14,718 bases of DNA, taken from the NCBI GenBank assembly GCA_051294375.1, contig CM119267.1:16764821-16779538 (forward strand). Direction: 5' to 3'. Below, piece by piece: positions 1-8,380 of the stretch. Every line of letters begins with the position of its first letter. The first letter of the stretch is position 1. A program made the position numbers and the translations under genes. The stretch is from Paraspadella gotoi. Lineage: Eukaryota; Animalia; Chaetognatha. A model generated the notes under the pieces. That model saw nothing but the letters and a program-made list of their open reading frames with translations, did not search any database and was not told the DNA's origin.

Positions 1-59
1 TTCTTTGCCTATAAATCCGTTAAAACATATTTAAAATAAGTTTAAAGCAAAAAATTTTT

Positions 60-1748
60 TTCAACATTTTTAAAAACCCATTTGCATATTGTTGCATTTT
101 ATAATTTTTAAAATTTTTTCACATAAAACTAATCCATTTTTTAAAAGTTTTGGTACACAGATAATATATAATCAAACCTTTAAAAATATACCATCAAACC
201 TAATTTTTAATAAATTTCAAATATTTTTAATGTATTTTATATATTAATAAAAATTATGATTTTAATAAGCATTCCGCTAACTTTTTCAAAGTGGGCATCA
301 TTGAAAAGAGGGCAACTCAAGGATTTCAAATATATAATTTTTTTACCAAATTTAATGTCCCAAAGCTGAGATAATTCTTTCCAAAGTGCTCAAAAATTGA
401 AAAAACACTACTTTTTAATCGTTAATAAAAAATGCGACTATGATAGTTTTGTTTCAATACTTGGTAACTAGGTCAAGAATTGTTCATATTTTGTGGTAAT
501 GTCATGTCCAGGGAATAAAATAAATATTATAGTAGATTCCTCAATGGAAAAAAAACCTTGTTTAAAAATTTTATCTGGAATAGGGGTAACTTAGGCGTAC
601 CAATGGCATCGTCCATGCCAATCGTTCTTTCAAATAATTTTTTTCATTTAATACATTTAAAAGAGAAAAAAAGGAAATTCGAAATGCAGGTGGTATGAAA
701 GTTATAGAAAATCTGGCCATAGTGACTTGATAATCATGACCTTTTATGTCTTGTGTAATGGGGGCAGTAAAGAGACCCAAAAAATTTAATCATTAAGTCA
801 GTCAATCAACCCTTTCAAATAGACTGTTCTGCAAAATTTTTTTCTCTTCACTCAAAAATTTATTTTCTTCACTAAAAAATTTTGCAGAACAACCTATTTG
901 AAAGGGTTGATTGACTGACTTAATGATTACATTTTTTGGGTTTATTTACTGCCCTCATTGGGCAAGACATAAAAGGTCATGATTTTCAAGTCACTATGCC
1001 CAGATTTTTTATAACTTTCATACCACCAGCATTTCGAATTTCCTTTTTTCCCCTTTCAAATGTATTAAATAAAAAAAATTATTTGAAAGAACGATTGGCA
1101 TGGACGATGCCATTGGTACGCCTAAGTTACCCCTATTCCAGATCAAATTTTTAAACAAGTTTTTTTTCCATCTATTTGAGACATTTGGTACTATTAATTT
1201 TTTATTTCTCAAATTCTATTTTGCTCGTAATCAAGAAAATGTCCTTAGCATAATCTAAAACTTCGGTAAAAAAGAAGAAAATGTTCTGCCAAATTATAAA
1301 ATCGATTGAGGATCTACTATTAATACTTATTTTATTCCCTGGACATGACATTACCACAAAATAATGAACAATTCTTGACCAATTACATATATTGAAACAA
1401 AAACTATCATAGTCGCCATTTTTTGATATAACGATTAAAAAGTAGTTTTTTTCAATTTTTGAGCACTTTGGAAAAATTATCTCAGCTTTGGGACATTAAT
1501 TTGGTGTAAAAAAATTATATATTTTGGATCCTTGAGTGCCCTCTTTTCAAGATGTCCACCTTTGCAAAAAGTTAGCAGAATGCTTAGTAAAATCATAATT
1601 TTTAGTCAATAGTATAAAATACATTAAAAATAGTTTGAAATTATAACTTAGGTTTGATAATTTTAAAAAATGGCATATTTTATGCTGAAAAATGTTAAAA
1701 ATTATAAAATGCAACAATATGCAAATGAGTTTTTAAAAATTGTTTGAG
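60..1748. mobile_element. Large foldback (long inverted repeat) element; arms ~60-844 and ~874-1748 around a ~30-bp spacer
   Basis: Arms are reverse complements, e.g. cattaagtcagtcaatcaaccctttcaaatag (791) vs ctatttgaaagggttgattgactgacttaatg (894), and catttgcatattgttgcattttataatt (~79) vs aattataaaatgcaacaatatgcaaatg (~1700). The right arm has an extra ~135 bp (~1172-1306) and lacks ~50 bp present in the left arm. The mirror ORFs 571-780(-) and 936-1154(+) are a by-product. Confidence 0.9.
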
Positions 1749-2249
1749 AACAATTATGTTTTACGTTAGGAGTATCTTATTTTTAGCAGGCATTGACAAT
1801 TGCATTTTTGTAAAAAAAAAAATTGACCTGTGTCAAACAGTTTTTCAAATGCATTGAATTGAAATTCTTATGTATTGTAGGACTACCCAGGCCCACCTGA
1901 TTACTAAAATTTAAAACCATAAATCACAAATACAGGAAGTTATGCATCATTGAAAAAAATGACCCATCAAAAATATTAACACTGATAAATATTGAAAAAA
2001 AATTTTGATAGAATATATCTTACAGAAGCTTTACAAACCCTTCTTGAGTATAAGTTGGAAAATTTTAAGAAAAAAATTTTAAAATATATTAGAGCTATGC
2101 AAGTTTTTTAAAAATTTGACCCAATTTTTAAGTGGTTTAAGATTATTTTTTGATAAAAAAATTGCTTAAATGGGCAATAGCAGCCATCCAGGCAACTTCC
2201 TATTAAAATCCTAAAGCCATTAATCCTATAAATGAAAAGTTATTCCATG

Positions 2250-2643
2250 TACAGACTTACGACATTTCTATTTTGCCGGTACTGTATCTTATTAAAGAGA
2301 TAGTGTAAATATTTTTGCAACAATTTGTTAGTTATAGACGTGATTTTGCTCAAATGGTGCGGGTGCTAGGAAAGCAGGGGATCTCCACCTCGGACGACCC
2401 GCGGTTCTCTGCGTGGAGCAGTGGTGAAACCGAAAGATAAAACCCCAGACCGAAAACATCACACCGTCTATTGGGCGGCCTGTGCAGGAGCTGGCAACCA
2501 ACCCTGCACAGCAGCATACGTGGGCAGACAGGCTAGTCTCTTGCAAATCGTTTCCAGCAACATCAAAAAACCCCTACCGTGACGCTGGCGGGGCATTACC
2601 TGTCCTCTTGTTGCTGAGCATGCGGTCAACACCGGCCATTCAT
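2250..2643 (+). repeat. Indel-rich duplicate of 2689-3088 on the other side of an N gap (probable assembly overlap)
   Basis: Both copies start tacagacttacgacatt and end caacaccggccattcat. They differ mostly by 1-3 nt indels and abut the gap at 2664-2688. Confidence 0.85.
2254..2286 (-). mobile_element. Tc1/mariner-like terminal inverted repeat with TA target dinucleotide, possibly the right end of the foldback element
   Basis: Minus strand reads TA|CAGTACCGGCAAAATAGAAATGTCG, resembling the CAGT-NNN-GGC-AAAA ends of Tc1-family TIRs. The partner end is not in the window. Confidence 0.55.
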
Positions 2644-2793
2644 CTTAATCTCTCTCTTTATTCNNNNNNNNNNNNNNNNNNNNNNNNNTACAGACTTACG
2701 ACATTCTAGGTTTCCGGTACTGTATCTTGATTAAAGGAATAGTGTGAATATTTTTGCAACAATTTGTTTAGTTATAGACGTATGTTTTGGCTC

Positions 2794-3314
2794 AAATTGG
2801 TGCGGGTGCTAGGAAAGCAGGGGATCTCCACCTCGGTGACGACCCGCGGTTCTCTGCGTGAGCAGTTGGTGAAACCGAAAGATAAAATCCCCAGACCGAA
2901 AACATCAGGAGCCGTCTATTGGGCGGCCTGTGCAGGAGCTGGCAACCAACCCTGCACAGCAGCATACGTGGGCGAGACAGGCAAGTCTCTGGCAAATCGT
3001 TTCCAGCAACATACAAAACCCTACCGTGACGCTGGCGGGCATTACCTGTCCTCTGTTGCTGAGCATGCGGTCAACACCGGCCATTCATTTAGAGAAACAG
3101 ACTCTCGTACTGTCCCATGACCCAAACTGGTTCTCAAGAGGTATTAGAGAGGCTATCTAGTATCTACATCAATGCTCTCAAGCCCTCTTTGAACCGTAAT
3201 GGAGGACGATTCGACCTCCCTCCAAGCTATGATTCGCTTATTAAGAGCGTGGTGGAGGCCCCGCCCCCACTACGACCGCACAATCCCCTATCTCCACTCA
3301 ACGAGACAGGCTGA
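2794..3314 (+). pseudogene. 5'-truncated Penelope-like retroelement ORF: end of the linker plus GIY-YIG endonuclease, two frameshifts
   Basis: Joining ORFs 2764, 2930 and 3117 gives LVKPKDKIP..SGAVYWAAC..C..AYVGETGKSLANRFQQH..SSVAEHAVNTGH..VLSHDPNWFSRGIREAIYINALKPSLNRNGGRFDLPPSY. This is the motif series of the PLE (Penelope/Poseidon-type) GIY-YIG domain. Confidence 0.9.
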
Positions 3315-4899
3315 CACCCTTACGCAGGCAAAGGGCAGACGATGCCTCTCCCTCAACTGTAGCAACTCAGTCCTGCGGCTACAGGAGAAGGGAGAGGAGT
3401 CCCCACTCGTGGCAAAGCGGCAAGAATGGACACTTAGGCGTAGTGAAAGTTACATACGAAAATTCTAAAAGTTAATTATGAACAACATACCATCAGTGAA
3501 CATTAATTTGTAAAAAAAATTAATTTTATGTTTTTTTAATTTTCGCAGTAGGCTATATTTATATATATACTATCTCTTATAAAATCGAAAAATTTCAAAT
3601 AGGCTTTTCTTAATTTTGATTGCAGATTTGAATTCCTCGTCAAAGGTTGATAAAAGAAAATATAAATGATTTTTAAAATTCTTTCATTAAGTGGGTTAAA
3701 AATTCTTCCTAATAAACCTCATATTTCTATCATCACTACATCATAATAAATTCTACTCTTCACCACTAAATAATATCCCGCTTTTTTATTTTTGCACCGA
3801 AACACACGCTTAACTAGAACGGACATTTTTTCAATGAAAGCAGGTTCACTATCTTCTCTTAATATATCAAAATTTTCTGTGGAGCGATCCCTAAATCATG
3901 GAAAATAAATGTTTTATATGAAAACACCTGGTTTTAGACACCATTGATATCTCACAGTCTTATTTCGGTTTATCTATAGTATACATTAATTGGCCTACTG
4001 TCGCCTCAAATTTGTAATATTTGATAAAGGTTTTTTCTTATACAGTAACACTGTTTCATTAATATAGCCATTATAAATAGATATGTCGATGGCATATTGC
4101 TCATCGGTTTAAATTATATAATATAAATAAGAGAGTGGAAGAATATTCTTGAGCCGCTCAGCCTATAAAATTGGTAGCAGCCAGCACGAAACCACCCCCC
4201 CACGGCGCAACGCCGCGAGAAGGAGAAGCCGGCAGGCGTAGCAGGCCAAAGAGACATTCAAGTAGCACTGGGAATCCTACCCAGGAAGCCTACCCAATCC
4301 AGCACTAACATCCTCATCAATTACGTCAATCATTATTCTCATAAAATTTAAATCTTTTTTTAAAATATATGACCTGATTAAATTATTATAACATAAAATA
4401 TTATTATTTATATAAGTATCATGAAAGAGCCTGAAAAAAGGAGATTTAAGATAGCCAATCACAATTTGATAAAAATCTTAGATTTACCCTCCAGCTATTG
4501 ATTTTTGGAAAGATGTCTTGTTTTTGAGTATCATAATTAAATTAAAGCTGGGCCGGTTAAATTTTATACTACAGTATTTGCAAGTATGTCATTCTCTTTA
4601 GATTTGAAAGAGCTTTCAGAAGATAATAATATTAATATTATTTTTTTTTAAATTTCTTCAGAAAACTTACTGAAAATAAGAAAAAAAAATTGTATCTAAA
4701 AAAGTGAGTTAGAAAATGAAACCCGATTTTACAAGCCAACTTTCTCCACTCATTGCCAAGGCATATCTTAACTGATCAATATAAAATTTGAACATATAAA
4801 TGACTTTAATATGTTCTACTCAACTAATTTTTAAAATCAATGAAATAACCACTGCAAATGACAGCGTATTTCTACCGGCGCTTGTAAAATTGTCACCAT

Positions 4900-4968
4900 G
4901 TAAGATGCCGCAGTGGCAGTGAGAGTGATGCAAATAACTCGGGATCGAATCCCGATGTTAACTCTTTT
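4900..4968 (+). pseudogene. Degenerate tRNA-like / Pol III head
   Basis: A-box-like TGCCGCAGTGG (4906-4916), perfect T-arm TCGGG-ATCGAAT-CCCGA (4939-4955), then TTTT at 4965-4968. The acceptor stem is not convincing. Confidence 0.45.
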
Positions 4969-5814
4969 ATGTAGATGGCGTGAAATAAAGTTATAATGGT
5001 TTCTGCAATGCCATCTATCGTCTGCAGGAATTGAGCGGAAGTGGCGCTGACGTTGGCGCTGGTGACGTCAATTAATGTTAATTAAAGTTCGAGATTTTAA
5101 AATGAAGGTAACCAACTTGCTTGGTTAGTTAATAAAATAAACCTTAATAAAATAATCAAAGCATATAGATATTCCATACGCTAAGTAGCATAAGTAATAT
5201 CTATATGCAAACAACAATGCAATAAAAGCAATTAATTAATCATTAACGATAGTAAATGATTAATGAGCTTGTTCCAATAATTGATCTCCTTTAAGATGTT
5301 TCCAGTAAACCAATAGAATTAAAATGGTGGAATCAGCTGACTATTTACTAGGTTGATCTTTTGTCTATTACAACAAAAGGCTAACAGTAAAAGTTGTGAT
5401 TAATAATAGAAGGTTTCTAAGCATGGAATAAATATTGATTCAATATGGCCACCCGCTGGCATGAATCAATGATGGCCAGGAAATCTGGGGTTCAAGACTA
5501 CATTTATTTATTTAGGGGTTGAATCCTACAAATCCCTCCCTTTTCTCAGTTATATGTTAAATGGTTAATTGCATCATCTCCATTAGAATAGATTCAGGGA
5601 TGAATCTTAATTCATATATCAAAACAAAGCAGTATTAAAAATATATTGAAGCTGTAAATGTTCTAAAATATTATTTTATATTAAAGAAAAAATAAGATTT
5701 TTTTATTGGCAACAACGATTGTTTATTTTTATTTTGGACTGTTGAATGCGAGTCTTCTACAGCGCTTTATACAACCAGAAACACAACAAATCGAAAGTAA
5801 ATTTTATACAATGT

Positions 5815-6424
5815 TTTTATCGAGCCTACCGGCGAAGCCGGTTCAGCCTCGATATTGATTCGGATCAGCTTCTTTGTGANNNNNNNNNNNNNNNNNNNNN
5901 NNNNNCCTCGTCGTCGTCGTCGGCGTCACGCTTTTTTGTATAAAAACTACTACGCTTTTATAGTTTTGGCTGGGACTTACCGTTTTTTTTAAATAAAAAT
6001 TATTATGAATTACGATGAAGTTTTATAAAAGTGTGCGATCATAGTAAGTTAAAAATTTAGATATGGCTTCTCATCTTGAAATAGCTCTGATATTTTCGTG
6101 GATTTCATTCTCTTTCTTTCTCTCTCTCTTTCTTTCTCTCTCTCTTTCACTCATACACGCATTTGTTTGTTTTATTTATGATGAATGATTCATTGCGTCA
6201 ATGAATGACTATCATCGCATCAAGATTATCATCGTATCAATGAATGATTATCATCACATCAATGAATGACTATCATTGCATCAATCATTTGGTTATTATC
6301 ATATCAATCACTTGGTTATCATCACATCAATCATTTGGTTATCATCGCATCAATCCTTTGGTTATTATCGCATCAATATTTGGTTATCATTGAAGGTAGG
6401 CGAGATCCTAGCCTTCTTTTTTTT
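5815..6424 (+). mobile_element. Non-autonomous Helentron-associated element (HINE/DINE-1/pearl-like)
   Basis: T-runs at both ends; 5' subterminal GCCTACC (5824-5830) and 3' GGTAGGC (6395-6401); 5' hairpin ACCGGC-GAA-GCCGGT; (CGT)n microsatellite at ~5908; internal tandem array; 3' hairpin GAAGGTAGG..CCTAGCCTTC (6392-6416). It spans an N gap. Confidence 0.6.
6189..6392. repeat. 22-23-bp minisatellite, about 9 units in two subtypes
   Basis: atcatcgcatcaatgaatgact-type units switch to atcatcgcatcaatcatttggtt-type units at ~6272. Confidence 0.9.
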
Positions 6425-6694
6425 GCCATTTTCCCCCCTCTTTCATTCTCTCCCGACCTCCTTCAATATTCTCCCTTTCCTCTTCCCTCTCACTACATTT
6501 ACATTGAGCCAAATAAAAAAATCTTTTCTTATGTATTTTAAGAAAAGAAATCAATGGTAATGGAGGATTTTATTTCAATTTTGGTTGCCGAGCAGATTTA
6601 ATAAATCGACAAATTTTGTGAAAATTTTTTTCGCAAAATCAATTTTGAGAAAAAACAAGTACTGACCCTTTCCATTGTATTAAAAGGATGCGGT

Positions 6695-6901
6695 TGTGGC
6701 GACGAAGGTTTCGCCACCATGGGGTCAACCCGAATTGGCCACTGTGTTTAGTGGTTGCAAAGGAAACCGGCTACTAATCTCTCTCTCTCTCTCTCTTATT
6801 TAACCGGTGCCTCTCTCATTGTAGTTAGTCTTGCACGGTCTTGTACATTGAACGTCTGTCATATACATTTTTGCCATTACATGTGATTTTGTACCACTAC
6901 A
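6695..6901 (+). repeat. Family A 5' LTR
   Basis: TGTGGCGACG...GTACCACTACA; 5' hairpin GTGGCGA/TCGCCAC; internal (CT)n. Confidence 0.9.
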
Positions 6902-6905
6902 TAAC

Positions 6906-6919
6906 TGGTGAGCCCAACG
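6906..6919 (+). promoter_or_regulatory. Primer-binding site of family A (tRNA-Trp-like, tentative)
   Basis: TGGTGAGCCCAACG begins after a 4-nt spacer following the LTR CA; TGG is complementary to tRNA CCA; resembles the Trp-type PBS TGGTGACCCCGACG. Confidence 0.75.
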
Positions 6920-7195
6920 AGAACACGCGAAAATCCTGACCAAAACTACAGTGCATAAAATCAACTGTCACGAATTAAGACTAATATATGAAACTAAGTA
7001 TGACTTGTCTATTTGTTTCCTCTGTGAGGTCTACGACGCCCAAGGACCTAAAGAAAAATCTTTCTATAATGCAGTATTAAGAATCTTGAAAGAAGACAAG
7101 GCGCCGAAGTCCCTCGTATTCAACAGCTTCGACAAACGAAGACACCAGTTTATGTTGGGGTTCATGGTGGACTAAAATCCACCAACCGTTCATCA

Positions 7196-7263
7196 GCGGC
7201 CATTGGTGCCGGAGGCAAGTCATTCGCCTCCCAACCCAAAGTCCGGGGTCTAGCCCGTGGTGT
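7196..7263 (+). promoter_or_regulatory. tRNA-derived Pol III internal promoter in the 5' LTR-B
   Basis: A-box-like TGGTGCCGGAGG (7204-7215); B-box-like GGTCTAGCCC (one T short in this copy); CTCCCAA anticodon-like loop. Confidence 0.7.
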
Positions 7264-7266
7264 CTG

Positions 7267-7342
7267 GCAAGTTAAGAGGGACGGGGCGCTTAACCCGCGC
7301 TGTAACATGGTGTTACAGCCTGATCCGAAGCTCAGGGACTGC
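7267..7342 (+). ncRNA. Twister ribozyme, type P5 (copy 1); predicted cleavage between U7291 and A7292
   Basis: Same elements as the 10911-10984 copy, with two single-base insertions (gcaagtt, cccgcgctg) that may be read errors. Confidence 0.7.
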
Positions 7343-7395
7343 TTAATTGAACGGTTCTAGTCACCTTCACATAACAATAATTACTGTCTCTTCAT

Positions 7396-7408
7396 TGGTG
7401 AGCCCGAC
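7396..7408 (+). promoter_or_regulatory. Primer-binding site of TRIM family B
   Basis: TGGTGAGCCCGAC follows LTR ...TTCA-T; its first 10 nt are identical to the family A PBS. Confidence 0.8.
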
Positions 7409-7559
7409 TTCCAACACACAGCAACAAAAACTTTAAGGCGACATGCCTCAACTCGATGCACTTTCCGACGCACAACACATCAGGCACATGCCTCAACTTG
7501 GTGACGCACTTTCCACCAACAACAACAATTCACTGAAGAGACGCAAAAGACTTCTCCCT

Positions 7560-7572
7560 AAGGAGGGGGGGA
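7560..7572 (+). promoter_or_regulatory. Polypurine tract of TRIM family B
   Basis: AAGGAGGGGGGGA directly before the TG of the 3' LTR. Confidence 0.85.
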
Positions 7573-7607
7573 TGTATGGTGGACTAAAATCCACCAACCG
7601 TTCATCA

Positions 7608-7676
7608 GCGGCCATTGGTAGCGAGGCAAGTCATTCGCCTCCCAACCCAAAAGTCCGGGGTTCTAGCCCGTGGCGC
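7608..7676 (+). promoter_or_regulatory. tRNA-derived Pol III internal promoter in the 3' LTR-B
   Basis: GCGGCCATTGGTAGCGAGG...GGTTCTAGCCC (B-box-like at 7659-7669). Confidence 0.7.
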
Positions 7677-7679
7677 CTA

Positions 7680-7755
7680 GCAGTTAAGAGGGACGGGGCG
7701 CTTAACCCGCCTGTAACACGGTAGTTACAGCCTGATCCGAAGCTCAGGAGACTGC
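7680..7755 (+). ncRNA. Twister ribozyme, type P5 (copy 2); predicted cleavage between U7703 and A7704
   Basis: GCAGTT-AAGAGG-GACGG-GGCGCT-TAA-CCC-GC-CTGTAAC(acggta)GTTACAG-CCTG(ATCCGAAGCT)CAGG-a-GACTGC. Differences from copy 3 fall in the P3 loop and a junction. Confidence 0.78.
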
Positions 7756-7808
7756 TTATATTGAACGGTTCTATCATTAACACATAACAATAATTTATGT
7801 CTCTTCAG

Positions 7809-8067
7809 GGTACATAATAACATGTAATTGGCAAAATGTAATACTGAGACAGACGTTCAAGTTGTACAAGACCGTGCAACAACTAACTCACAACTAAGGA
7901 GAAGAGGCACGCGGTCTTAAGTAAGAAAAGAGAGAGAGAAGAGAGAGAGAGAGATTTGAGAGAGAGAGATCAGGTAGCCGGTTTCGCTTTGCGACACGTA
8001 AACACAGTGATACCAATGGATCGGGGGTTGGACTCCATGGATGGCGAAAACGCTTCGTGCGGCCACA
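7809..8067 (-). repeat. Inverted, indel-rich copy of LTR-A, interrupted near its 3' end by the family B TRIM
   Basis: Reverse complement runs tgtggccgcacgaagcgttttcgcc...(CT)n...tgcacggtcttgtaca..ttgaacgtctgtc...ttatgtacc. The missing end plus spacer/PBS start (ccaaca-taaac-tggtg) lies on the minus strand at 7143-7158. Confidence 0.8.
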
Positions 8068-8221
8068 AAATAATAATTTATTTCATAAATTGAATTAGCA
8101 CAGTACTGTCGAAGACTTATTGATCTCCTCCAAAGGTGCAAACATAAATTAAAAATTTTTTCTTGTTATCTATTAGGTTCACATAAACTTGCTTCACAGA
8201 AGTCTCTTTCGCCTCATCGAC

Positions 8222-8380
8222 TATTATGTGAGACTATGACCGGGGCGAAGCGCGGATCCCTGTGCTCTATAATAATATCGCTTTCGCTCTTTGTGCGCTA
8301 CGTCGTGCGTCGTCGTCGTCTTGACTTTGACTTTGAAAGGCAGTTCGTCCGTCGTCGTCGCAGTCTGTCACGCCTTTTTG
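8222..8380 (+). mobile_element. 5' part of a second HINE/pearl-like element
   Basis: Same layout as 5815-5940: ..GGCGAAGC.. hairpin, CTTTGTG, (CGT)n, GTCACGC followed by a T-run. Confidence 0.5.

Larger units (their letters stand above)
7160..7807 (+). mobile_element. Complete TRIM 'family B': LTR(~7160-7394)-PBS-178 bp internal-PPT-LTR(7573-7807), with a tRNA-like head and a twister ribozyme in each LTR
   Basis: Two ~235-bp direct repeats ending GTCTCTTCA; the 3' copy starts TGTATGGTGGAC right after a purine tract; PBS 1 nt after the 5' LTR; possible TSD GGGT (7158-7161 / 7808-7811, left junction noisy). Confidence 0.9.

Noticed and set aside
571-1212. Near-identical 69-aa and 72-aa ORFs on opposite strands
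   Set aside because: Mirror images produced by the foldback palindrome; non-ATG starts and no recognisable domain.
2250-3088. Apparent tandem duplication of the Penelope fragment (pLTR-like)
   Set aside because: The duplicate includes non-PLE flank, is indel-ridden and abuts a 25-N gap, so it is most likely an unmerged contig overlap.
3396-3436. HDV-like ribozyme resemblance (GTCC..CTCGTGG..GAATGGAC)
   Set aside because: No P1 or P1.1 pairing could be built.
6189-6560. CRISPR-like array and ORFs 6266/6276
   Set aside because: Head-to-tail units without unique spacers in eukaryotic DNA; the ORFs are translations of the repeat.
7161-7196. Minus-strand CTGATGA followed by a hairpin, as a possible hammerhead
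   Set aside because: No GAAA or stem III at the right spacing, and the downstream sequence differs between copies.
7443-7724. 93-aa ORF in the TRIM (and ORF 10680-10895)
   Set aside because: Reads through the PPT, tRNA-like head and ribozyme; no ORF is conserved from start to stop between copies.
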